Shown one piece after another: positions 33,719 to 45,787 of a stretch of 53,000 bases of DNA. The notes below the pieces were generated by a model, which saw only the letters and a list, made by a program, of their open reading frames with translations, ran no database searches and was not told the origin of the DNA. Position numbers and translations under genes: made by a program. Every line of letters starts with the position of its first letter. Within the stretch, counting starts at the first letter, position 1. Origin of the DNA: Takakia lepidozioides (Eukaryota; Plantae; Bryophyta); assembly GCA_030704615.1 (NCBI GenBank), contig JAKLZA010000280.1:1-53000 (forward strand). Reading direction: 5' to 3'.

Positions 33719-36700
33719 GTTGTTTGAGAGGTATCTGCTGTGGTGTAGTGACAGCAACACCAACTGAAGAAGAAACCAGCATTTACCCATCACATTTCTA
33801 TGAAGAAAGAGAAGGAGAAATAGAAATCCTAGAAGAACCAGCCACTGTGAGCTTACAGGATGAAGTGGTGACCGGTTGGACAATCACAGCTGATGAGCAG
33901 GTGAGAGAAGTAAATGTGGGAACTCAGGAGGAACCGAGGATGGTGAAAGTAGGAGCTGATTTGGAGCCGGAATTCTTCGAAGAAGCAAAAAGCTTGTTCA
34001 TCAAATACAGAGATGTATTTGCTTGGAGCTATGAGGATCTAAAAGGGATACCACCTGAAGTCTGTCAGCATAAAATTGAACTGGAACCAGGGTCAGTACC
34101 AATCAAGCAGGCGAGGTATAGAATGAATCCCAACTACGCACAGAAGGTTGGAGAAGAGATAAAGAAGTTGGCTGAGGCTAAGTTTATATACCCAATAGAG
34201 TATACAACTTGGTTGTCACCCATTGTTATAGTTCCCAAGAAGAATGGCAAACTAAGAGTATGTGTGAACTATAAGAAGCTGAATGCTTGTACGAAGAAAG
34301 ATCCTTTCCCTTTGCCATTCACAGAAGCAGTATTAGACACTGTGGCAGGCCATGAGATGTACTCATTCATGGATGGCTTCAGTGGTTATAATCAAGTGCA
34401 AGTGGCAGAAGAAGACCAAGGGAAAACAGCTTTCATCACAGACTGGGGGGCTTATGCATACAAAGTCATGCCCTTTGGACTTTGTAATGCACCAGCGACC
34501 TTTCAGAGAGTGATAAGTGAATCTTTTCAAGAGTATCTGGATGATTTCATGCAGGTGTTTTTGGATGATTTCAGTGTGTACAGCTCTAAGAATGAGCACT
34601 TGCATAAATTGGAGTTATGCCTGGCCAGATGCAGGATGAGAGGTCTGGGCTTGAACCCAGAGAAGTGTACTTTCTGTGTGAACTCAGGGGTGCTTCTGGG
34701 ACACATTGTGTGTAAGAAGGGACTCCTTGTGGATCCCAGGAAGACAGAGTCCATTAAAGCCTCTCCACCACCAGTGAATGTTAAGAGTTTAAGGAGATTC
34801 CTTGGGCAAACCAGTTATTACAGAAGATTTGTCAAAAGGTATGCACAAATAGCAGCACCATTGAGCAAGCTTCTGAAGAAAGATGCAGTGTTTGCATGGA
34901 CAGCTGAATGTCAACAGGCGTTTGAGGAACTTACACTGTCAGTAACAACTACACCTGTGCTGATTAACCCTCACTGGCATGTAGTATTTCATGTTCACTG
35001 CGATGCATCAGGAGAAGCGTTGGGAGCGGTGTTAGCCCAGAATGTTACAGGGAATATAGATTCACCTGTGTACTATGCTAGCCGGTTGATGAACAGTGCT
35101 GAGAGGAACTATAGCACAACGGAAAGAGAAGCATTGGCAATGATCTATGCAGTGAAGAAATTCAGGCATTACCTATTGGGAAGAAAGTTTATGTTTTATG
35201 TGGATCACCAGGCTCTGATATATCTGGTGAACAAACCTTTGATAAGTGGAAGGATAGCGAGGTGGTTAATAATCTTGCATGAGTTTGAGTTCGAGGTTAT
35301 TTACAAGCCTGGCCGTTTGCATCTTGTGGCAGATCATTTGTCACGACTAACAACAGGAGAGGCCGCCACAGGAGTGGACGATCAGTTACCTGATGCGAGT
35401 TTATTTGTAATGGAGGTGCAAGGAAGTGCAGATGAATGGTTAGATTGGCAGTGGCCAATCAGATACTACCTTGCTCATGGTCAGTGCCCACCTAGTTATG
35501 GTAAGGAGCAGAGGAAGAGAATCGCTATCAAAGCTTTACCTTATACTATGGTAGGAAGCAGAATGTATAAGTTAGGACCAGATGGGTACTAAAACGATGC
35601 TTGTACCACCATGAAGTAAATAAAGTCTTGGAGGAAGTTCATAAAGGAGTGGCTGGAGGTCATTTTGGAGAAGAGACTACCAGTAGAAAGATACTACTCG
35701 CAGGATACTGGTGGCCTACTTTGTTCAAAGATGTACATGAGTATTGTCAGAAGTGTGATGAATGTCAGAGGCTAGGACCTTTGCAGAGATCTGGAAGAAT
35801 GGCCTTGCATCCTACAATGCCTACGGAACCATTTCAGAAATGGGGACTAGACTTTGTTGGACCAATTAATCCACCATCCAAGAATACACGAAACAGGTAC
35901 ATAATTACAGCCACTGATTATACTACAAAGTGGGTGGAAGCTAAAGCTTTGAGGGACAACACAGCCAAGTCCACAGCAAGGTTCCTGTACGAGAACATAC
36001 TTACACGATTTGGATGTCCCTTAGAATTTATCAGTGATCAAGGAAGTCACTTCATGAATGAGACCATTGAGTTATTGACTAAAGAGTTTATGATTGTGCA
36101 TAGAAAGAGTACAACATATTACCCACAGGGTAATGGGCAGGCAGAGGCTACCAACAAAATACTATGTACTATCTTGGCTAAGATAGTCAATGCAAACAGA
36201 ACGGATTGGGATACAAAGCTGCTGACAGCTTTGTGGTCATACAGGACTTCGTATAAAGTCACCACAAAGTATACACCATTCCAATTAGTTTATGGTATGG
36301 AAGCCTTACTTCCAGTGGAATTCCTGTTACCTACCATGAGAACGGAGTGGGGAAAAAGAATGGAATTGCAAGACTCCATCAAGGTCAGGAAACATGAATT
36401 ATACCATGTGGAAGAAGTACGTGCTGATGCAGCTGATAATATGACCAGAATTCAGATGAAGAGAAAGGAACAGTTTGATGAAGGCAAGTTAAAGACTTTT
36501 AAGACGGGGGATTTGGTTCTATGGTTGCAGAAGAAAGGAAAGATTCAAGCTTCTAAGCTTAAATCACCATGGAAAGGACCTTATGTCATACAAAAGATGT
36601 ATGATAACAACACAGCCATGTTACAAACCATTAACAAAGAAATGCTGGGAAGAGTCAATGCAAATAAGTTGAAGGGGTACAGTGGTATCCATGACAAACC

Positions 36701-36995
36701 CCTGCAGCATGATTTGCATGTTGAACCGCAAGAGCAGTCACGGGCTGCACCAGTGTTACGAACGGAGTATGGAACACTTGTCGCTAGGCCCAGTATATAT
36801 GACCGGGGTGGGCAAAACAAACGTGACACAGCCTATCACAGCCCGTCACAACGTGACACAGCCTATCACAGCCCATCACGGCGTGACACAGCCTATCACA
36901 GCCCGTCACGCGTGACACAGCCTATCACAACCTACCGCAGCGTGTCACAGCCTATCACAGCTTACCACAGTGCAACACAGCCTATCACAGCGTAA
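33700..36995 (+). pseudogene. pol: pol RT-RNase H-integrase of A2 (one 1-bp frameshift near 35587)
   Basis: FMDGFSGYNQ, FLDDF, CDAS, NYSTTEREALA, HHCC zinc finger, D-D-E (GLDFVGP, SDQG, QAE) and GPY motifs. Confidence 0.95.
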
Positions 36996-37030
36996 CACAG
37001 TATGACACAGCCTGTCACAGCTCAACACAG
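36822..37030 (+). repeat. 30-bp tandem repeat downstream of integrase in A2
   Basis: Same unit as 5580-5911 with fewer copies. Confidence 0.9.
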
Positions 37031-37167
37031 CCTACTAAAGTTACACGATCCATAGAATCAGTGACAAGTGGACACATAAAACTTCAGGAAAATGGCTGAA
37101 GGAAGAAGAAACGGAAATTAATTTAAAAATAGACACGTGGAGGTCAGGGTGCGACACACAGCAGAGA

Positions 37168-40100
37168 ATGAAGTGCAAGGACAGGTGTCAAAAAGAAAGA
37201 GGACAAGAACGGCCGTCAAAAGGGATGAAAGGCGGGCCCATTAATGAATACGGAAAAAGGGAAACAGAACGAACGGCAAGTACAGAAAAACTGAATTCAT
37301 GTCGCATGTGTGATCCTAGTGGACTATCCAACAGGGAAAGTCCACTAAAGAAGATAAAAGTTAAAATCCAGTCACAGCGGATACAGCCAATAGAAAACCA
37401 GAGAAATGATCAAGAAAATGGAGGGAAATTAAGCGCAAGAGGCGGCGTCGTTCTGAGTAACGGGCGTCTCGACAGGACAGGCCATAAATGCTATAACTTG
37501 GAAACTATGGAGGAACTAACAGACTATACGCTCGCAATATTACTTACGCAATGGCAGAGACACGAAACGAAAGAGCAGAGCTTTTCTCTTGAACAATGCT
37601 TGCAAGCCCCGCAGGCTTACAAGAGATTACCCATAGCTTTCTGCGGCAACCATACGTTTCTGCTTTGTGCACTACAGGCATTCCTGCAGTTGTTACAGCC
37701 AAAGCAGTTCTGTGAGTCTAAGATGAAGAGAGTGAGAGGAATGGAGGAAATCAGGGTGAAGAGCACCACAATTCTGCAGAAACAAACGATGGCTACCCCA
37801 CAGGCGATAAAGATACTGAAGGAGCTGAGATTGGAAGGATTGCAAAGCATGGATTGGACACTACACCATAGACAGTACATGTTACAATTTTTGCAGAACT
37901 TTGAGCCAAAGACAGGAACAACAACGGTGAAGGGAGTTGAATTAATGATTACTCCCCTATACCTCCAGCAATTGTTTCGATTGCCAGCAGGTCATGTGTA
38001 TGTGGAGGAACACAGGGAAAGACTGCAAATAGGGGATTTATTCCAAGAAGGGAGTTTCTTTAAAACTCAGGGTTATGCTTGTACCAAAGCTGTGTACCCA
38101 GGGTTAAAAGACATAGGCCAAGTATTGAACGTTCTGATTGCCCTGAAACAGAACCAACAATATTTGAGCAGATCCTTCACAGAGGAAATCCTCAAAGGCT
38201 TGAAGGGACAAGAGGTACCATGGGCGGACATAATGTACAACGCACTGGTAGAGGAGATGAAAAGATTACAAGGTACTACCGCAAAATCTCCTATCATAGT
38301 GTCTGGCCCAATCATTGCTCAAATAATCCTTGATTCTGCATACTTAATGCACAAGAAAGGAAGGAAATGGGAGTGTTTGAGCCAGAAACAACTGCAATGG
38401 AAGAGCAAGGCTCTTCACACAGTGAGGGTGGACTAGCAGCACAACCCGAGACTAAGAGGCAGAGAAGGGGAAAGACTGTAGTGGCAGATCCACTGGCTTC
38501 ACGGATTCCGCATGATAATGTTTCCCAAGCTCATGACCAGGAAGGGGCACAGCAGCACAAAAGAATGTTATTACTGGAAGCAGGACCTTCAGAGAGGGAG
38601 GAAGAAGTTACTTCTGCATCACAACCAACACAGCCACTTGAACGACTTGTCACAAGGTCACAAGTTATCCATGCAGCTCAACCCGAAATAATTGATTTGG
38701 AAAGTGAAGGGATAGATATTCCAACTACAGAACAGATAGTGGCAGAAATGGAGAAAGGGGACCTTCTCTATGAATATTCTGGTCTGGTCAAGCAGACAGA
38801 AATCCCAGAGGTGCAACAGTTGCCCAAGAGAAATCCTGAGGTACATATAATGCACACACCTGTGTCGGAGGTACCACAGGCGGAAGGCCATGACACTGTA
38901 GCACCGGTCATAAATGAAGTAGTTCAGGAAGAAAATCCGGTGGGACAATGGTCTGAATGGTTAGTGAGACATCATACTGTTGAAGATCAGGAGGAACAGC
39001 AGCAACCTCACCATGATGACCCTCAACAGGCAATGCTGATGAGTTCCATAGGCAGGACACTTAATTTGTTGGGGACTTATGTCAAAACCCATGTTCCAAT
39101 TACCCAATTGACAGCTTTGCAGCATGAAAGCAAGTTGCAAGAACTGAATGCACTAGACATGCATAACAGGATGGCGATACAATGCGCTACATTTACAACT
39201 ATGCTTGACCAATCAACAAAAGAAATAAACAGTCAAGCGGAAAAATGTACGAAGGCAGAAGAAGAGAATGTGGAGCACATGAAGCTCATTGTCGATATGA
39301 AGAATACAATCTGTCGCAATGAAGATACTTTCAAGCAATACAGGCAGATGGAAGCTGAGCAAGAGAAATACATCGTGGAGTTGCAACAAACCATCGTGGC
39401 CAATAGAAATGAAATCGCGGTCAGTAACAAGGCTTCGAAAGAAGCCAATAATCTACTTGCTGCCTATGCGCAATTGGTTGAGCCACAGGCGAAGCGCATG
39501 AAGGCTTTACAACAGCAGTTGGAATTGTATAAGCTAAGAGAGGAGCAAACTCTCAGGGGAACCACAAGCAGCTTGGTGGATAACAGCCTTATGCAGGTCT
39601 GGTTAGCACAAGGGCCAGTAGAAGGCAAAGCCCCACGGAAGCTCACCCAAAGCGAGATGAATGAGCTTAGACTGCAGGTGCAGAACATTGCCACAACTAC
39701 TATAGACAATGTCTATAGTAGGATAGCAGAGTTACAAGAGGATGTAGACGGACTCCAGACTCAAGTGGAAGACCTCACTTCAAACATCGACCAAAGAGTC
39801 TATATCCCTCAGGAACAGCTAATGGCTTCTTATTTGCAAGCCAGAACTCTGGCTTTTCAGTCTTCACAGGAGGTGCAGGAGATGCCAATGGTACAGGAAC
39901 CAGTACCACCACCACCACAACAGGTCAGTGTACCAGTAGCTGAACCTGTGGTTACTACAACCACACCACAGCCACCACAGCCGGAGGTATGGGGCAATGC
40001 AGCTTTTAACCCACCTAAAACTCCAGCTGCCAGGGAGTACAGTAGGGCTATGATTATGCCCTTCAACCAAATTCCCATCATGTTGGATTTGGCTTGGAAA

Positions 40101-41056
40101 GAATTTAGTCCTCCGCAGTCATTCGCACATTACTACCAAATCATGCGTATTTGGCTGCCAGTGGCAACCAGGACTAAAGTTCTTCCAAACAATCGACATA
40201 TTGAAGATCATCACTTTGCACAATACTGGCACGAGGCAGGTACCATGTTGAGGGAATTGGTTGCTTTCCAGGTTGTACATGGACTCATTTATACCAAGAC
40301 CAAGGAAATAGCAAGTATTGTCATGGGGTGCGGGCTATACTACGCTGCTTGTTTTCTGATACGTTACCACATTGAGCAACAAAAGATGCAAGCACGCTTT
40401 CAAAGTTACTCCAGTGGAGATCATTGGGTATTACCTTCGGTGCCACCTCATATGTACCTATATGACCCAAAAGTTATGATACAGAAGGATTCTCAAATTC
40501 GTTCATGGTTTCAAGCAGCCTGCAACAATTTGTCAACACAGAAATTCGGACTTGATGACATTTTCTATAAGGGACATATCGCATGGAAATACTTGCACGC
40601 TGCACCAGTAATTGGTACCCCACTCATTTGGACAGACAAGGAGCTCAGTGTCTACACCAATTTTGCTGTTCAACGGTTACACCAGGTCGTAAAATGCAAA
40701 CTTCCAGACATGGTAGGACAGCATTGTATGCCCCAAGATGATTCCACAAAAGTTCGAAAATTAAAACACCTGAGAGGCGATGAGGATTCTGATACAACTG
40801 TTTCTTCACAGAATTCTTTGACATGGGAGAAGACTATGCAATTCAGATGGAAGAGAAGAAACAAAGGGGATCTCCTATGCCGGAAAGATTACCTCGATAT
40901 CAGCCTCCAGAAGGCCTCACTTATCCAGGTAGTGATCAACCATCTCCATCAACCAGAGACAGACCTCGGGCTCGTACACACAGCCCGCCACGAAACTCTC
41001 AACGTCAACAAGGAGCTCACTCACAAAGGGTGCTACTCGGAAACAGTAAACCGTGA
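37168..41056 (+). pseudogene. Accessory (env-position) ORF of A2, frameshifted, with in-frame deletions
   Basis: ORFs 37168..38436, 38367..41072 and 40823..41056 match 1338..6443. Confidence 0.8.
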
Positions 41057-41070
41057 GGACACGGCTTTTT

Positions 41071-41084
41071 GAGGGAGGAAGGGG
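41071..41084 (+). promoter_or_regulatory. Polypurine tract of A2
   Basis: GAGGGAGGAAGGGG 3 nt before the LTR start TGTTAG. Confidence 0.9.
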
Positions 41085-41087
41085 TAA

Positions 41088-42143
41088 TGTTAGAGGACTG
41101 TAGGGGACTTAGACACTTATACGGGATCTGTAGGGTACCCTTAATTTTTGCACAGACTGAGACAAACAGGAACCTTAGGGGTGACAGCAGCGCACTGTAG
41201 AGGGGGGTTACATAGCCCACACAGCCGACACAGCAGTCACAGCCCACACAGCCACACAGCCCGTCACAGCCCACACAGCCAACACAGCCCGTCACAGTCG
41301 TCACACAGCCCACACAGCCGTCACAGCCCACACAGCCGTCACAGCCACACAGCCCACACAGCCCACAGCCCACACAGCCCGTCACAGTTGTCACAGCCGT
41401 CACAGCCACACAGCCCACACAGCCCGTCACAGTCGTCACAGCAGACACAGCCCACACAGCCAGTCACAGCCCGACACAGCCAAACACAGCCAGTCACCGC
41501 TTGACACAGCTGTCACGATAATAGGGAACGAAGAGTAGGACAGGGAACGACTGTGGGGAACAATACCTGTGAAGGGAACATGTTAGTTCACATACGACGG
41601 TTAGAGAGGGAAACGGTTAGAACCGCGGATAGGAGGATAAAGGGAAGAACGGGGAATGATGAAGGGACCATTATTATCATTATTCGGGGAGGGGGATTTC
41701 GGAGTGAGACGGGAGCGGAAGTCGGTGAGCACGATGAAGGAGGAAAGAGGATTAGTAGATGCTTGTTATATGCAAAGCTGTAGGGATATTGTAGAGGAGA
41801 ATAGAGACACAATGGCTTCGGCCTGATACCTGATAAATCATAATCTGATACTTATACGATACAATCACACTGTGTAGAGAGATCTGAGTGAAGCTGTGGA
41901 TTGAATGGAGGAGTGAAGGAAACCGATAAATTGATGAAGCAAACTGATACTTAATTATCAATGGTAAGGTAGCTAAGATGAATGCGGAAAAGGAAACAAA
42001 TAGGAAACACCCCCATGATACACTAGCTGTAGGTCATGACTGATTGTTCTGCGCGGGCTGAGTACTTAGAGATTTCCAACTCTTCTATCTTGGAGTTTCC
42101 GCCTCGGATAGCGAAGGGATGGGTGAGTAAAAGCCGCGCGACA
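41088..42143 (+). repeat. LTR shared by A2 (3') and A3 (5'), 1056 bp
   Basis: TG...CA, preceded by a PPT and followed by a PBS. Confidence 0.95.
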
Positions 42144-42731
42144 TTTGGCGACCATACTGGGGACCTGGGACATGAACAACCAGATGTGACAGGCATCTGG
42201 TGGGATCATGGTGGTTGGACCATTAGAGAATTTGAAGTGAATCAAATTCCCTGTGGAACGAAGGAAGAAAGATTGTCCAAACAATTCTTTCAAAGGTTCT
42301 TGGAATTGCCAGACGGATGTAAAGAAAATATTCTTAAACGAGTGCATGATGCTGATCCAGAATGGGGTCTGGAGAAAGGAGTGATAAAGATTTATCAGGT
42401 AGCCTGTAGAGGAAGAGCACGTTGGTTACCAACATTAGTTTATGTGATAGCGTTGCTATCCATTAAACGAGTAGAGTTTGAAGGCTGGGAAGAAAGAAAG
42501 GTGAATGTTTATACTCATATGCATGAAGAGCTTGTACTGGTAAAGAATTGGATTCCAAAGGATATTTTGTGGATCAAACTCACACCAAGAACAGCTTTTC
42601 AGACTTGTTTGCCATATGGTTATATGGTAACGGAGACTTCAAGTATAGCCAAGGGTGCATTGAAGCTTGAAAGAAATCCAGGCATATACGAGAGATATTA
42701 CAGAAGAGAGTTTTGGTTATTGCCACATTAA
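42036..42731 (+). CDS. ORF0, 231-aa unknown protein starting inside the LTR and crossing the PBS
   Basis: Intact frame with synonymous bias relative to the sister subfamily copy. Confidence 0.75.
   Translation: MTDCSARAEYLEISNSSILEFPPRIAKGWVSKSRATFGDHTGDLGHEQPDVTGIWWDHGGWTIREFEVNQIPCGTKEERLSKQFFQRFLELPDGCKENILKRVHDADPEWGLEKGVIKIYQVACRGRARWLPTLVYVIALLSIKRVEFEGWEERKVNVYTHMHEELVLVKNWIPKDILWIKLTPRTAFQTCLPYGYMVTETSSIAKGALKLERNPGIYERYYRREFWLLPH
42146..42163 (+). promoter_or_regulatory. PBS of A3 (tRNA-Arg-like)
   Basis: TGGCGACCATACTGGGGA. Confidence 0.85.
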
Positions 42732-42752
42732 AAGAAATGAAAGACATGGGAC

Positions 42753-45700
42753 ATGAGTGATGAAAGAGAAGCTAGACGACAAGATATTCATCAAAAAGAG
42801 AAAGCTATCTGAAAGCTAATTATCCATATCTTTGGGAGAGAGGAATAGACATAGGGGAATCATCTGGACCTCTCACACCATCAAGATCAAAAAGTGCATC
42901 ACCTATACCGGAAGAACTAGAGTTGGATGCCACTCCTTCTGTTTCTTTGCAAGAAAGATTAAGGGAATTGGTACAGGAAGAAGATCAATCACGAGGTGAA
43001 AGATCTGAGGTACATCCTTGGATAAAAGACTTGACAGAAATCTTTGATAAGAGTTGGCATGGAACACCAAAAGCAGGAACTCCAGTTTCTGAAGCAGAAG
43101 ATGAAGAAGGAGATGAGGATGTGGCAGAGCCAACGGAGAGTTCAGACTCTCCAACACCATTACAGTTGAGTTACATGAGTGAAGAAGAAACCCAAGGGCA
43201 GAACTTGGAGGATGAAAACAGAGAGAAGAAATTGGAAGAGGAAGAATATGAAGAAGTAGACCCAACAGCTGAGGTTGAGACTACAACCAGGACATCCCAA
43301 CCCGTTGGACCTGGATCAAGTGGAGCACTTGGATCACAGGCCAACGAAGGTGTCGGCTCAGGGGGATCAGGCGGGCTGCCTGGATCTGGCTCTGGGGGGA
43401 CAGGGAGTGTGGGAAGTAGTGCAACTGAAGCTGGGAATACTGTGAATATCGTGGGGCCAGAAGCAGGGAGTGCTCAAGGGCCACCACTTGGTGGAAGATC
43501 CACCACAAAAACAACAGGTCCAGAAGGACCAGCACCAACAAGGGTGCCAGCACCTGTCAGTGGGCAGAAGGTAGGGCCACAGATGGCGTTACAACCAACA
43601 CGGGCAAAACCACCCTTTCCAATATATTCAGGAAAAGGGGATCCCGATGTACACATTAGCCAATTTGAGCACATGTGTATAGTGAACAATGAGAATGGCG
43701 ATGATGCCAAGATGAGACTGTTTCCTTGTTCACTTATCAAGAAAGCAAGTGAATGGTATGCAAGATTCCCTGATAATCATTTCCTAACCTGGAATGGCTT
43801 GAATACAGCATTTCGAAATAGGTTCAGGACAAGTAAAACTGAGGATGAAGTGTATGGAAGTTTACAACAGCTGAAGCAGAAGAAGCATGAAACTGTTGAA
43901 GAGTATATGGAGAAGATGGAATTGATGATGAAAAAGCTGGCTGCAGTACCAGCACCCGGTTTACAGAAGACTTGGTTTGTGAGTGGACTAAGACCAGAGT
44001 TGCAGAAGAAAGTGGATATGTTACCCCATAATACAGTGGAGGAGGCATTTGAAACTGCAAACAGAATTGAGCAATTGGGAATGCTCAGGAGAGAGAAAAA
44101 GGAAGATGAGGACTCTGAAGATGAGTCAGATGAAGAAGAAGAGCAAGAACTAAAAAGAAAGAGTAAGAGAAAGGAAAAGTTGAAGAGGGATAACTATGAG
44201 AAAAGATTGGAAGAAATCTTGAAGAAGTATGCCACAGAGGCTGCAACACATTGGAGGAAGGGTGTATGGTGTGCAAAGTGCCAGAATGAAGGCCATACCA
44301 CTGCAGAATGCCACATGAAGGAGAAACACTGTACTATCTGTAAAATGGATAACCATTCTACTGAGAATTGTTACTACAACAGAAGGACAGCTGCAAGAGA
44401 ACCTAGGCAAGTGAGGGTGCATCAGGTGCAGCCCCAGCCAAGAAGAAGCAATGATCAGGACCACTATGGTAGGTCTGGTGGTTATAACAATGGCATGGAA
44501 GGGAGAGGTAATTCAAGAGGGAATTACCAAGGAAATTCCAGAGGCAACTATCAGGGTAATCCAAGGGGGAATTACCAGCCCGGGAATCAGGATTATAGAA
44601 ATAATCCAAGACCAGACCAAGGGCGAGGACCCAATGGTGAAGAGCTATGTTACTATTGTAATCAGCCAGGACATCGCAAGGCAGCCTGTTCATTCTGGAT
44701 AAGACACCAGAATGAGATGAGAGCTCCTGTGAATGAGGGCCCAGTGGTGGCAGCTCACATGGTTAGGCCATGTGTTGTACCAGAAGTAAGTACAATGATA
44801 GTAACAAGAAGTAAAGCCAAACTAATATCTCCAGTAGAAGAGGAAGAAGATGAGACTGGAAGTGGCAATGATATGCCTGAAGATGAAGAGACTTGGAAGG
44901 ATGAGAAGGAACTGCACAAGGAAGTGGCAGATACTATAAGGGAAATGCAAAAGAGTACTGATATTCCTGTGGCAGATTCCTCTGATTCGGATGCAGAAAA
45001 AGAGGGGAGTGAGGAAGAAAGGAAAAAAGAAGATGCAGACATGCAAAGTAATGAAGAGACTTTGGCTGAAGTAATATGTCAGACCAAAGCAGAAATTACC
45101 ATTGGACAGCTATTAGCTGTGGCACCTTATTGTAGGCACAGGCTGTATCAGGCAATCAATCGAATTGCCCAAGAGACAGGAAACACAGACCTGAACAGCA
45201 AGGTGACCAGTTATAATGTGAAGCCGGAAGGGCGAGAACCAGTCATGGACTTTGATGATTCTATGCCAGTAATCCAATTGAGAATTGGAGGCACAGAACT
45301 AACTGATGTACTGATAGATGGTGGTTCTGGAGTAAATATCATGACAGACCAATTAAGGAAGAAGCTTGGTCTAAGTAACATGAAACCAGCCCCATTTACA
45401 GTAACAATGGCAGATCAAAGAAGTGTACAGCCATTGGGATTAATAAGAGGAGTTAAGATACAGATACAGAAAATGATCTTTATGATCACAGTAACTGTAT
45501 TAAAAATGGATGAAGTCATGGAGGCTTACTCCTTATTATTGGGACGTCCGTGGCTGAAACAGGCCAGGGTATTCCATGACTGGAATTCTCAGTTACTAAC
45601 TGTGCATAATGGGATGCACGAGATACAAATTACCACAAAGAAATCTAGTAGATTACCTGCTACAAGAAGACCTCGAGGAGTCAGAGAGTATGACTGGAGG

Positions 45701-45787
45701 GAGGACTGGATGAGGAGCAGGAAGCTACCCTATTTGCTGCACACCCAGAATGGGAGCAGGTTGCAGAGATGCGGCTGGAAAGCCTAA
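42753..45787 (+). CDS. gag: gag-protease of A3 (single 1-bp frameshift near 42781; 954-aa open frame)
   Basis: Retrotransposon Gag core, three zinc knuckles and an aspartic protease motif in one frame. Confidence 0.93.

Larger units (their letters stand above)
15497..42143 (+). mobile_element. Ty3/Gypsy family A copy A2, 5' LTR interrupted by element B
   Basis: 5' LTR 15497-16540 plus 30005-30076, PBS 30079-30096, ORF0, gag, pol, accessory ORF, PPT 41071-41084, LTR 41088-42143. Confidence 0.95.
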
